NCBI GenBank assembly: GCA_020137815.1
Contig: CM035362.1
Coordinates: forward strand, 3,410,001 to 3,474,000
From: Hormiphora californensis
Taxonomy: Eukaryota > Animalia > Ctenophora
Length of the DNA stretch: 64,000 nt
Direction: 5' to 3'
Made by a program: the position numbers and the translations under genes. The notes beneath the pieces were generated by a model. It saw nothing but the letters and a program-made list of their open reading frames with translations, was not told the DNA's origin and made no database searches. This document shows, piece by piece, positions 37,170 through 50,820 of this stretch (positions are counted from its first letter, which is position 1; each line of letters opens with the position of its first letter).

Positions 37170-37555
37170 GTAAGATGTTTGTTTGTCTGTCAGATCTTTC
37201 ACTTTGTATTGTGTACAATTCATTATGTATTGTTTTTTACTTTATATTTGTCCGTGTGGGACCCTCACATCGGATGACTTCCTCTTGTAGCTGTCACGCA
37301 GACAGTCTTTTTAACTATTAGTATTGTTCTACAATAATTATACGGCTGTCTGTGTGACACTGTCACAAACTGTTATAGTTGTCTATGAATTAGAAATCAG
37401 AATTTGTTACATGAGTAATTTTATCAATATCATGGCTTGGTGACATTGACACCTAGTGCATGCGAGATCGAGGTCGCGCAGCGACCGAGATCGAGCTCGC
37501 ACATAGGTGTCCGCTCCGCCCCCTAAAAAAGGGTCGTGTCTTTCAAGCCAAATTG

Positions 37556-39091
37556 GGCAATTTTGCATTTGCGGGCATCGCACTATAGACGCAGTACCCA
37601 CGTACTATAGACGCATTATAGACGCACTATAGACGCATTATAGACGCAGTATAGACACACGCAATATAGACGTACTTTCGTAAGCAGCAGTATAGACGCA
37701 GTATAGGCGCATTATAACAGCAATATAAACGCATTTTTATAGACGCGACGCAGTATAGCCGCATTATAGGCGCACTACCCACCCCAAAATCACTTTATAG
37801 ACGCACTATAGACGCATTATAGACTGACTATAGCAGCACCATAAACGCTACATAGACGCATATAGACGCATGATAGAAGCATTATAGACGCAAATCGCTT
37901 TTTATAGACGCCGCGTCTATAAAAAACGTGCTTTTTTAAGAAGCACTATAGACGTACTCCAGGCTACAGTGCGATATTTGAGGCGCAGTTGGGCGTTTTA
38001 TAAACGCATTTTTGTCGCATATAAAAGGAAGCAGTATAGACGCATTATAGACGCATTATAGCCGCATGTGTGCGAAATCGATAAAGACGCAATGTAGACG
38101 CAAAATAAAAAGGAGAGGGAGGGAGAGGGAAGGAGTGAGGGAGAGGGAAGGAGAGGGAAAGAGGGAAAGAGAGGGAGGGACTGAGGGAGGGATACAGGGA
38201 CAGAAACAGAGATAGACGGATAAAGACCTGAGACAGAAGGACAGAGTAAGATGGAAAGAGAGTGATATATAGGGACGGAGTGAGAGATGGAAACAAACGG
38301 ACAGAGACAGACGGACGGACAAACACGCGCTTACTATCTCCCTCTCTGTCTCACTCTCTCTCTCCATCTTAATCTCTCTCCATCTTACTCAATACTCTGT
38401 CCGTCTGTCTCAGATCTGTGTCCATCTGTGTCCATCTGATCTGTCTCTGTATCCCTCCCTCTTTCCCTCTCCTTCCCTCTCCTTCCCTCTCCTTCCCTCT
38501 CCCTCCCTCCCTCCCTCTAGTCTCTCTCCCTCTCCTTCTTATTTTGCGTCTATATTGCGTCTTTATCGATTTCGCACACATGCGGCTATAATGCGTCTAT
38601 AATGCGTCTATACTGCTTCCTTTTATATGCGACAAAAATGCGTTTATAGTACGCCCAACTGCGCCTCAAATATCGCAGCGTGCGTCTGAGTACGTCTATA
38701 GTGCTTCTTAAAAAAGCACGTTTTTTATAGACGCGGCGTCTATAAAAAGCAATTTGCGTCTATAATGCTTCTATCATGCGTCTATATGGGTCTATGTAGC
38801 GTTTATGGTGCTGCTATAGTCAGTCTATAATGCGTCTATAGTGCGTCTATAAGGTGATTTTGGGGTGGGTAGTGCGCCTATAATGCGGCTATACTGCGTC
38901 GCGTCTATAAAAATGCGTTTATATTGCTGTTATAATGCGCCTATACTGCGTCTATACTGCTGCTTACGAAATTACGTCTATATTGCGTGTGTCTATACTG
39001 CGTCTATAATGCGTCTATAGTGCGTCTATAATGCGTCTATAGTACGTGGGTACTGCGTCTATAGTGCGATGCCCGCAAATGCAAAATTGCC
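37556..39091. mobile_element. Mutator-like foldback element, 9-bp TSD GCCAAATTG
   Basis: GG termini and ~600-bp near-perfect TIRs built of TATAGACGCA repeats. TSD at 37547-37555 and 39092-39100. Confidence 0.9.
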
Positions 39092-39271
39092 GCCAAATTG
39101 CACGTGATCCACTGGATCGATTTGCATCCGGTTTGTCGCAAAAGACTACAAATTGATCCTAATATACTGGAAAATACCCGAGAAGTTTGTCTGTCAACAG
39201 GAAGTGGGTCAAAATTGACACTGAAGTCAAGTCTATAATCTGGCTTCCGAGCCTTTTTGCACCACTCCCAG

Positions 39272-39610
39272 TAGGGTCTGACGGTCATCAACGCTGAAAT
39301 AGGCAACAACGTGTTTCTGAATGTGCTTTTCAATACGAATCCAACGCAACCGGAATTATCTTTCTATCTTGTCGGGAAGTATTGCCCCCTGATACCCCCA
39401 AAAACCCCAATTTCATGCACGCGAGCCTATCCTTACCTGTAATTATAGGGCATAGGCAAATTGGCTCGCGCGCAGCCCTTTTGCCGGTTTTTGGGGGCGA
39501 TACTTCCCGACAAGATAGAAAGCTAATTCCGGTTGCGTTGGATTCGTATTGAAAAGCACATTCAGAAACATGTTGTTCCCTATTTCGGCGTTGATGACCG
39601 TCAGACCCTA
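39272..39610. mobile_element. hAT-type MITE, 8-bp TSD ACTCCCAG
   Basis: TAGGGTCTGACGGTCATCAACG...CGTTGATGACCGTCAGACCCTA. TSD at 39264-39271 and 39611-39618. Confidence 0.9.
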
Positions 39611-42600
39611 ACTCCCAGACGGTTTAGAATGAATCTGAGGGTATCAGAAGATAGGTTGAACTCGTGTGAGTACTGGAAAATACCCGGCATTAATAGCTGA
39701 TGCTAATTGCATCAACATATCTCCCAATATCTAAATCGCATGGGCGTAGTGCAAAAACTCTCGGAAGCCAGAATATAGATTTGACTTCAGTGTCAATTTT
39801 GACCCACTTCCTGTTGACAGACAAACTTCTCGGGTATATTTTTCAGTATATTAGGATCATTTGTAGTCTTTTGCGACAAACCGGATGCAAATCGGTCCAG
39901 TGGATCGCGTGCAACATCCCTTGAAAGATCTTGGTCGCGCACGGTGTCTATGTCACCAATATCATGGCATTGGCTCACAAGTCACAGTTTACACATGCTC
40001 ATGTTACATGATAAGTTTAATGTGTAAACTTTCGATAATCGATACGGATATCTGTATACATTTTCTAAAATTATATGGCCATGGGTTATCATTATCAATA
40101 TCAGTATCAGCCAGAGCTGTTTGATATTTGGAACAATTTTAGTTGAGTTGCTAGCAACTCAACTAAAATTGTTCCAATGTGAGCTCAATGTGAGCTCACA
40201 TTTAATGTAACATACTATCATGATCATGCTATGTCTGTATCAGTATATGGAGCGTTATTCAAACACTTAGGCCCGACTAGGAGAGGTTGATAATTTCTTG
40301 TTTTGTCTTGAAATTGAGTTTTGCAACTTTCAAAATCAATCTTTGCGTCTAAATACAAATTCTTCGACTAGTTCGACTAGTGAGTTCTAGTTTTAATTGT
40401 TTTCCTAAAAAACTATTAAGTTTCTCTCCCTCCTCTTTCTGTTTTCCTCTCTTTACAATTGAAACTTCCAAGGATGGATTACTTCAAAGACTATAAATTC
40501 CATGGTAAACAAAAACGTCTCTAGTAATTGTTCAGAGCTCAGTTAGCTAAGAAGTAAGAGTCAAATATTCAAATAATTCAATCTTGGTTTTGCTCTTCTA
40601 GTAGTCCTATATGCAATGCAATGAGAGTCCTACTCCTATGAGAGTCTCTTTCTTAACCTTCTAATCTTGTACCACTATATACCACTACCAAAGAACCAAG
40701 CAGCAGGCTGCGGGAGAGATTTGGATTGTTCACTGAATAATCCAAATCTCTGAATAATTCAGTGGTTCTTAAGATAATCCAAATTTGAGAAATTTCTCTC
40801 ATTGAGAGAAAGAGTCCAACTGTTCTTGAGAGTCTTTGGACTTGGAGCATGAGCCCAATTGAAGGAAAATGGGTGCATTGAGCAAGTCCTTGCAAGGGAA
40901 ATTGTTTGAATAAATGTAGCAGTATATCCTAGGCCCCCCGTGTGTGGGAATTCCACGTGCCGGCTCATTGCTCAAGCTATCTCTTATTTGGCCTATCTCT
41001 TATTTTGCCTGAGTGAGATCGAGGTCGCGGAGCGAGAATAGGTTGCAAATATGGAGCCAAATCTCTTATAAGGCATGTATACATGCCTTATAAGAGATTT
41101 GGCTCCATATTTATATCTATAGATTTAAATGGTACCACTAAAATCGAAAGAAAGTCTACCACTAGCAGTCAGTGGAAGCTTATAGTAGTGGTTTATATGA
41201 TACAAGAAATAGAGTTAGACTTAGCTTTATTACTCAAGTAGATTATGATTAGTTAGCTTAGGGAGCAGACATAGTAGTCAGACAATGACATCATATAACA
41301 TGTTAAATAAATATGACACATGACACATCATGAAATGAGATTCACTTTATATTTCCTTAGCATTTTATATTTATTTAGCGGCTATGTATATAATCCACTT
41401 CTAGCACCCTATGCTACGGTATTCTACGTTCCAATACCCATATAATATGCAGGCTCAGTATATTACTCTTTCCGGTTTAGAACCTTGAAAATAGTTTGAC
41501 ATTCTCAATGATCAACTGGTTTTATACGACTCCCAATTTTTATACCCGCTGTATTGCAGCTTCTGATCGGGTTCTATTAATTTGTCTCTCACACTAACCA
41601 ACTTGAGCTCATGGGCCGGTGTTCACAGCGGATCGGGAATATATACAGCCAATTGATTAATTCCGATTGACCACAATCAATCAAATTCAATAGATTGTGA
41701 GACAAATTACGGTCATGAATCCTATAGCTTTACTAGGCTTACTCGTTAGAAAATATTTTCTATTGCCAAAATTTAATTTCTTCTTTATTTCGCCGATTGA
41801 TGCCAGGTGTCACGCCATGCAGCTGCCAATACCATACGGTCATTGACCTCAAATCAATGACTTGGCACCTTATTATATCAAGTTCTCTGTATCTATAACA
41901 GGGATGGTGTACTATACTATTCTGTGTTGTTTGATTTTAACTAAATAAGAATGGTCGACTTGTTATTTTTGACACACTAGAGAAATCTTGTTTGGCAACC
42001 GCTTCTCTCCAAAATAGGAAGAACTATGAGAGAAGACACTATAGTATTGACATGATCTTTCAGTGAAAACAATTTTGCATTTCCGGTTAGATAATAATTT
42101 TCGTAATTTCAATGCGATATCAATTGAATGGCATTCAATTCTCTATGCTAGTGAAACGTAGACTCTGTTTCAAACTCTCTCGCACTATAACACGTGCACA
42201 GCCATGCCTTCACACTTATTATTGTTTAGTCGGACCCCATGAGTTCAATTTGGTACTACGCGATGCGCCGATGCCTATATCGAGTTGACAGAAATTGTCG
42301 ACACTAAGTTAAAGTACTAGTCGCAATATATGTTAAATTGGAATCTGGATCAGTGGACCTGGAATGACTAAATCATTTAGTAAATGTTCCATTCTGTTCA
42401 TTTGCATTGTTGCAAGTAATGAATCAATAAGTTGACTCTAATAATGCCCTCCCCGACAGCACTATTACTATTAGGCTACGGGGGGGGGGGGGGGGGGTGG
42501 TTAAACATTAAACATAGTTTACTGCTATGTGATTGCATGGTAGATACCACGCAATCCTCAAGATTAGGATCATGGCCCACGTACACAGATACTGACAGTA

Positions 42601-42773
42601 GTGTCCCTTTTATAAGATCTTGTGTGTGTCTAGTTTATGTGTATTGCGGTGGTTATTAACATATTGAGAAACAAATAAATTAAAATTCCTAAAAATATTA
42701 AGAAACCGCCCGGGGGCTCTCTCCTTCCCCTCCCTTCCCCCCTTTTCTCTCTCTCTTTTCTTTCTCCCTCTTC

Positions 42774-42835
<62 letters not shown>

Positions 42836-43876
42836 TTCCCCATCTCTCTCTCCCCTTCCCTCCTCTCTCTCTTTTCCCCCCACTTTTCTCCCGCTTGAAT
42901 TTAAAAATTTTTAATGTAATTAACCATTTTCCAATCCAATTTCCTGGTCTTTAATTTTTTTTATTCCGATTTTTTGTTCCATCTCCATTTTACCCATATT
43001 CCCAGTTTGACTCGTTTTTTATATGTTTTAATTTTTCCAGTAATCAGACATTTTAAACCAACCTGGCGCCGATTTGGGCCCTTCCCCTTTTCATTTTATT
43101 CATACCAACCTTTTTTTAAAAACGCTAAAGTTGGCTTTTACTAAAAAATTTTCAAATTTTCTGTTTTTGTTTTTTATTCCGGGGCTTTTTAATAAAGGAA
43201 GTTTAATCCAGGAATTCATTAGCGTTTAATGGTTTTCCAAGCCAAAGCCAATAAAGGTTTATTTTAATTCCTTTTCCTCCTAACCCCCAAATCCTTTAAT
43301 TTTTTCATTACATGGGCTTCCCAAAAATAATCCCTTTTTGGGGTTAAAACATCCAAATATCAAAGGGATGGGTATTTTCCCCTAAGATCACAGAATTTTC
43401 CACTTTTCCAATTAATGTGATAAGTTCGTAAAATAAAACTTACTGATTGGGAAACCCGTAACTACAACATTTTATTTATTGGTTTGGGGGGAAACTTTAA
43501 AAATTTTTATTGGTTATTTTTTATTAGTTTGGAGGGGAAAAGGTTTAAAACTTGAATTCATTTTTTCCCCCCCAAAATAGCATTTTAAATTTAGCCAACC
43601 GTTCTTTACGGGTTGGTGGGAAAAAGGGTTAAGTACGGCTTGCCCCCGTTCCCTTTTTTAAAAATTCCGATTTTTAAAACCCAAAAGAAGGGTTAGAAAA
43701 TTTTAATTTCCAAATATGATTTTTTAACCCCCCGGCATCCCAGATGTTTTAGAAGAAACATAACAAAAAATTGGTTCCACGTTATTTTTGTGAAATACCC
43801 AAAAAGGGGGCCTTAAAACCCGGGATTTTTAAACGGACAAAATCAGGGGCCTCCTAAAGCCCACCATTTAATCCAG

Positions 43877-45795
43877 GTGTTGCGATGGCTCGACAAAGTC
43901 CTATTGATATCAACGGAGACGTGCAAACTGCATCTTTACCAACCCTAAAGATACAATTCGAGAATCTTCCTACACCCCTGGTTGCCCAGGTAATTCACAC
44001 TGTTGAGTACGTATCCGAATCAGGAAATACTGGTCCCTGATTGGCTGAAAACCAGTCACGTGACCTAAACAACGAGTTCTGATTGGTTGTTTACTTGTTT
44101 CGGTCGGTTACAGAGCAACTTACAAAAAAGTTCGGGTACTTTAGTGTTTGGGGTATAAATGTTGCATATGTTTGTGTAGCTGGTAGGGGAATACAGTAAT
44201 GCCTGAATCTAGGAGATTCAGTCATGACCCCCCGAAAACTCAGACCCAATTGTTTTATTTTCAGAATACCGGTTCTACACTTCACATCGAGTGCGTGGGA
44301 AAAGTTAAAGGGACTCTAACTGGCGGTCCGGTAAGTCACGTCCTTCTTTCCTCCAATTCTCTGAGTTTTGTTCAAATCCCCGGGGAGAGGAAGAGGGTCG
44401 AGCAAGCCAATTTTTATCTGTTCCCACAATAAAGTAGTAATGATTTTGAACCCCCCAGTCCCTCACACTCCCTCACGCAGGTTGGTAAGGAACAGTACAC
44501 CCTGCAGCAGTTCCACTTCCACTGGGGTCACTGTGCCTCCCAGGGCTCTGAACACACCATAAACGGACAAAAATACAGCGCGGAACTACATTATGTCTTT
44601 AAGAATGAGGTTAGTTTATCTCTTGAGTTTTGAAGTTTCAAACTATGTACTTGGTGACATAGACACCTGGCGGGAGTCGCGCCAGGTGTCTATGTCACCA
44701 AACTACATGACTGTAGATTTTTGTAGTTTTTTGTAGTTTTTTGTAGCTTTTGTAGTTTTTTGTAGTTTTTGTAGTTATAAATGAGAGATTTTTGAGTAAA
44801 CTTCAGCTTCAATCTCAAGGAACTGAAAATTTCACACCATGCTGACAGAAGATATTTTCCAGAAATATGGATCGATGAACGACGCTGTGTCAAAACCAGA
44901 CGGACTTGCAGTTGCCGGGGTTCTCATTTCTGAGTCTCCTGAGAAATCTAATTCCATGCCCGAGCTGTTTGATGTACTTCCCAAGTTAGCCGGTAATTAA
45001 TTATTTAAATAATTAAATAATTACATAATAAACTAGTTAATTTTTAAATTGTGTTTCAACTTCAATTCAAATAGTAGTATTTTCTACCAGAGGCAAAATC
45101 AGAAGCGGTTGTGAGTGATAAGATTGACTTGGTAACTGGTCTCCCCGCCGACAGGACATATTTCACCTACCCTGGCTCTCTTACTACCCCAGGTTCGAAC
45201 TAAATATAGTTTTAAAAATGATCAATAATTAGATTAAATTTCTATTGGTCTGTATTATATCTTCCTGCTTCCATGCCTTCCATTTTCCTTTGCGTTGGCA
45301 AAATCCAAATCATGAATCAATGTCTTTGAGTCTTTCTTTTCTCTATCCCATGAGGATAGGGATTTTGGGAAAGTTTTAACACGCTAACTTCATTATCATG
45401 GGAAATATATTCTTTTTTAATAAAACATACTTATTCACTGGTGAAAAACAACTGGGTGATTTAACTCCCATCCCTCAGGATATAACGAATGTGTGACATG
45501 GATTTTATTCAAGGCCCCTGTAACACTGAACTCAAAGCACATGAATCTACTCAGGTAGGTTAACGGACTTATATAGGACATACCCCCTCCCGAACATACA
45601 CACTAATATAAACCAATGCTCATGGTGTTGTGAATTGTCTACAAATCGCAATTTTAATTGTGTGTGGCATCAAACCTTAACCAATTCTCTACATATATTT
45701 TCAGACAAATGAACAGTAGTAACGGTGGAAAGATCAAAAACAACTGGAGAGAAGTCCAAGATCTGTCAAACAGAAAGGTCTCTGTTTGCTGCTAA
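43877..45795 (+). CDS. Alpha-carbonic anhydrase; exons 43877-43989 (ATG 43885), 44265-44330, 44481-44609, 44863-44992, 45091-45192, 45479-45554, 45705-45795
   Basis: [48 protein letters not shown]. All junctions are GT-AG and phase-consistent. Confidence 0.95.
44651..44701. mobile_element. 51-bp hairpin made of the TIRs of the 37437-39959 element
   Basis: TTGGTGACATAGACACCTGGCG-GGAGTCG-CGCCAGGTGTCTATGTCACCAA, in a carbonic anhydrase intron. Confidence 0.8.
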
Positions 45796-46171
45796 ATAAT
45801 GACACTCCCATCCTACGATTGCTGCCATTTTATCATTTATGACCAATTATTTCTGACCAATTATCACATCCAAGAAACATTTTAACTGTATTTTTGTGAC
45901 CGATAAGGATTTTAGCCTGCTGTTTTTTGCCAGAGTATGTTTTTTTGACCAGTTATATGTTTTTCCGATAGATAAATCAGTATGAAGCGAAGATTTAAGT
46001 CTCTTTGAACCGTATTATTGTCGAACGCTATTTACAATCTTCTTTAGTTAAAAGAAAATGGGAGTTTTTCAGTTTATTGTTTTCCCATTAAATATGTACA
46101 ACCGCTGCTAACTTGTTGAGTAACAACTCCTAACAGGTGGTGATGGAATAGAAAGGACCGTTTCAGTTATC

Positions 46172-46571
46172 TCATTGCATGTCCCCAGCCGTCATATTGA
46201 GAGCTCTGGCAAGCGCATCGGGGTCACTGAAATAGATATTAGTGAATAACAGGGATCAGAGGGGGAGTGAATAACAGGGATAAGTTGTTGAGTTAGGGGG
46301 TGTGAATAACAGGGGATTAGGGGATTAAGGAATTAGGGAATATCAAGAAAAGAAGAGTTTAGAGAGAAAGAACTCACTCAAAATCAATTTTATCAGTTGT
46401 AATCTCATCTTCACCATCATCAGTTTCAACAAAAGCTGTTTCAACTTCTTCGAGAGGCGTTTTTGTGTCGTACCGGGCTAGGACACGGGAAATCTGGAGA
46501 CTGCCTTTCTGGGCCAGCTGGGGGAGGGGAGATGTGACGTCATGGTTCGAGCCAGACAGTTCATAGGGTTG

Positions 46572-46641
<70 letters not shown>

Positions 46642-49600
46642 GTCCAAAAACCAATTAAATAAATTAGTTTGGATGCCCGGGCCCATTTGGTGTCACGGGG
46701 GTAAAACCTTTAGGCTACTGTCATAAATAATGGCATATCTCGTTTATTTTTCAATACACATCTCTCGTTTTTCTTTTCTCTTTCTCTCCATCCCTCTATC
46801 TCTTTCTCCCTCTTTTCCTCTTTCTCCCACTCTCCACCTCCATATTTCCCTCTTTCTCTTTTTTTCTATCTTTTATTTATATTTCTCTTACTATCTCTCC
46901 GTCTTTCTCGATATATCTCACTCTTTATATCACAATTTGTTTTTCTTTATCTCTCTCGATATTCATCATTTATGACAGTAGCCTAAAGGTTTTACCCCCG
47001 TGACACCAAATGGGCCCGGGCATCCAAACTAATTTATTTAATTGGTTTTTGGACTAAATTTCTGTTCTTTTTGGTGTAATAAATCGACTATTTTGAGTCG
47101 GAATATACCCAAGAAAACGTTTTAGGGTCAGCCGAAGTGGAAATTTCAAAGGGTATGCATAAAATCATGAATTTGAGCATAAATATGCAAATAACGGCTA
47201 AACGGTGCGAGATACGAATTTTTGTCCGGGGGACGACCCCCCACAAATTGACTATTTTGAGTCGGAACATACCCAAGAAAACGTTCTAGGGTCAGCCGAA
47301 GTGGAAATTTTAAAGAATATGCATAAATTTGAGCATAAATATGCAAATAACGGCTAAACGGTGCGAGATACGAATTTTTGTCCGGGGGACGACCCCCCAT
47401 AAATCGACTATTTTGAGTCGGAATATACCCAAGAAAACGTTCTAGGGTCAGCCGAAGTGAACATTACAACGGTTATGCATAAAATCATGAATTAGAGCAT
47501 AAATATGCAAATAACGGCTAAACGGTGCGAGATACGAATTTTTGTCCGGGGGACGACCCCCCATAAATCGACTATTTTGAGTCGGAATATACCCATGAAA
47601 ACGTTTTAGGACGAGCCGAAGTGGAGATATAATGCAATTAAGTTATTAAAATGAATAATTAATGAATAATTAATGAATAATTAATGAACTATGGCGATTT
47701 CGAAGTTTTCACATAGCCTATACCACGCCAAATAATGCAAGGAACCAATGTTCCAAACGGCAAGTCTCTACTATTTCTGGTTTAGGAGAACACTCAATCT
47801 CCTCCCCTCCCGTCCCCTCCCGTCCCCTCCCGTCCCATCCCTTACATTTTTGCATTTTGGGACCCCTCTGGCAAATTTTTACCTTACATCCGATCATTCT
47901 GAAATTTTGTATGCCTCTTCTCCTATATGAGGGCCCTTAGAGTACAAAATTTCATCCCTCTACTTCATCTGGAACATGCATTTTTAAAGCATCAAAAACC
48001 CCGAAATTTGCAATGGTATATAGTAGCACTGGCAGGTTAACGCGCTTGTGTGTAGAAGTGTTCCGTATGCTCTCTCTTTTATTTTTTGAGTTAGAGGGTA
48101 TTTCTAAGGTGGGGGCTCTGCCCCCACACCCCCGTTTAAGGTGGGGGCTGCGCCCCCACACCCCCCTTTTGGGCCCGGGGCACTTGCCAGTGCTATGATA
48201 TATATATATATATATATAGTAGAAGGTTTGATAAATCATAATGATGATGTATCAGGTGGGCTCAACAAATCAAAAAACCACATTTGGTGGACTTATAAAA
48301 ATTAAAATCAGCAATGCATTTCAAACAAAAGTTTTTATGAAGGAGTCAACTACAAAGAGTAAGGACACTCTGAGGAGCTGTGGCACTCTCAGCCTGAAGA
48401 TAACTTTCGTTTGAAATGCATTGCTGATTTTAATTTTTATAAGTCCACCAAATGTGGTTTTTTGATTTGTTGAGCCCACCTGATACATCATCATTATGAT
48501 TTATCAAACCTTCTACTATAACATGCCACCGGGACGGAACCTGTTTTAACAGTCCGGGCTTTGCCCGTTTTTATTTATCATAGCTCTGGCAAGTGCCCCG
48601 GGCCCAAAAGGGGGGTGTGGGGGCGCAGCCCCCACCCTAAACGGGGGTGTGGGGGCAGAGCCCCCACCTTAGAAATACCCTCTAACTCAAAAAATAAAAG
48701 AGAGAGCACACGGAATACTTCTACACACAAGCGCGTTAACCTGCCAGTGCTACTACAGTCGGACCCCGATTTACCGGGATCCTCGGGGGAAAGGGTTCTG
48801 CCCGGTAAATCGGGGTGCCCGGTATATCGGGGTCAAATACCGTTAATTTCCTATATCGGGGGAAATTTATCCTCCCGGTAAATCGGGGTTCCGGTAAATC
48901 GGGGCCCGGTAAATCGGGGTCCGACTGTATATACCATTGCAAATTTCGGGGTTTTTGATGCTTTAAAAATGCATGTTCCAGATGAAGTAGAGGGATGAAA
49001 TTTTGTACTCTGAGGGCCCTCATATAGGAGAAGAGGCATACAAAATTTCAGAATGATCGGATGTAAGGTAAAAATTTGCCAGAGGGGTCCCAAAATGCAA
49101 AAATGTAAGGGAGGGGACGGGAGGGGACGGGAGGGGACGGGAGGGGAGGAGATTGAGTGTTCTCCTAAACCAGAAATAGTAGAGACTTGCCGTTTGGAAC
49201 ATTGGTTCCTTGCATTATTTGGCGTGGTATAGGCTATGTGAAAACTTCGAAATCGCCATAGTTCATTAATTATTCATTAATTATTCATTAATTATTCATT
49301 TTAATAAATATTGCGTTTATTCCCTTGGTCGTCCTAAAAATTTTTATGGGGAATTCCCACCAAATATCAAAATTTTTGGGGGGTCGTCCCCCGGACAAAA
49401 ATTTTATCTCGCAGGGTTTTGCCGTTATTTCAAATTTTGCTCAAATTCTATTTTTTACAAAACCCCCAAAAAAGCCATTCGGGTGACCCTAGAACGTTTT
49501 CTTGGGTATTTCCGACTCAAAAAGTCCCCATTTTGGGGGGGCGTCCCCCCCCACAAAAACGTATCTCCCCCGTTTTTCCTTATTTTTCAATTTATCCAAA

Positions 49601-50745
49601 TTTTTTGATTTTTTTAAAATTTCCCCCTTCGGGTGACCCTAACGTTTTCTTTAGTATTTCAAATCAAAATATCGATTTGGGGGGTCGTTCCCCGAACCCA
49701 AAATTCGTATTCTCGCCCCGAGGGGATTGCCCTATTTATGTCAAAAATTCATGATTTTAGAACCCTTTTTAAAATTTATTCGGGTGATAAAAGTTTTTTG
49801 GGGAATTTGCCCAAAAAAGAAGGGGGGTTTCCTCCCGAAAAAGCGTAATCCCCGTTTTAGCCGTTAAAGGGGAAATGTGGGAAACCCCCAAATAAAAAGG
49901 AAAAAAAAATTTCTTTTTAAAAAAAAGAACGAATTTTTTCCAAAAACCAAAAAATAAATTGTTTGGGGGGGCCCTTTGGGGGGCCGGGGGTAAAAACCAG
50001 GGAGCATAAATGTAATAGGGGGAAAGAAAAACAAATTGGTTAAAGTTAATATTGGGGGGGGGGTAAAGAGAAAAATAAATAAAGGAAAAAAAAAAGGGGG
50101 GAAATATGGGGGGTGGGGTGGGGAAAAAGGAAAAGGGGGAAAGGATAAGGGGGGGGGAAAGGAAAAAAAACAGAGATTTAAAAGAAAAAAACAGTTGCCA
50201 TTATTTAGACTGGTAAAGGCCCCCCCAAAAAGGGGGGGAAAAAAATTTAAATTTGGTTTTTGGACTAAAATTTTAATTATAAATATAATAAAAAAAAGGG
50301 GAAAACCCCTTTTTTTAATTTAAAAATTTTTTAATTTTATCGAGAGCCCCCGGGGGGAAAATGGGGAGATAAAAAAAGGGAAAGAGAAAGGGGAAAGGAG
50401 GGGAGGGGGAAAAGGAAAGAGGGAAAAAAGAGAGGGAGGGGGAAGAAAGGAAAAAAAAGAGAGAAGGGAGAAAAAAAGGGGAGGGAAAGGGGAAAGGGGA
50501 AAAAAGGGGAAAAAGGGGGAAAAAAAGGGGAAAAAAAAAAAAATAAATTAAAGGGGGGGGGAACTTTTTCCCCCCCTTCTTTTTTGGGGTTACAAAATTT
50601 GAAAAAATCCTTTCATTCATTGTCTTTTTGGAAAAGTTTAAGGAGTAATGAGAGATAGTTTTGGAGGTTCGCTTCCCCTTTTTGCTCCGTGGAACAGATG
50701 GGCGAGGGTGAGTGAGTCTCGAGGAGAGGAAGAGGAGAGGAGGAG

Positions 50746-50820
<75 letters not shown>

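Larger units (their letters stand above)
37437..39959. mobile_element. TIR element (TTGGTGACAT(T/A)GACACC) with 9-bp TSD TATCATGGC, hosting two insertions
   Basis: TSD at 37428-37436 and 39960-39968. Internal palindrome at 39101-39911. Confidence 0.85.

Noticed and set aside
40560-40968. Possible decayed retroelement coding fragment (GGLG motif, minus strand)
   Set aside because: One short motif in broken frames is insufficient to assign.
44013-44110. The ~105-bp repeat acting as an introner that creates whole introns
   Set aside because: Intronic copies lie inside larger introns and do not coincide with both splice sites.
47952-49202. Near-identical ORF pairs on opposite strands
   Set aside because: They simply reflect the two arms of the palindrome and show no protein motifs.
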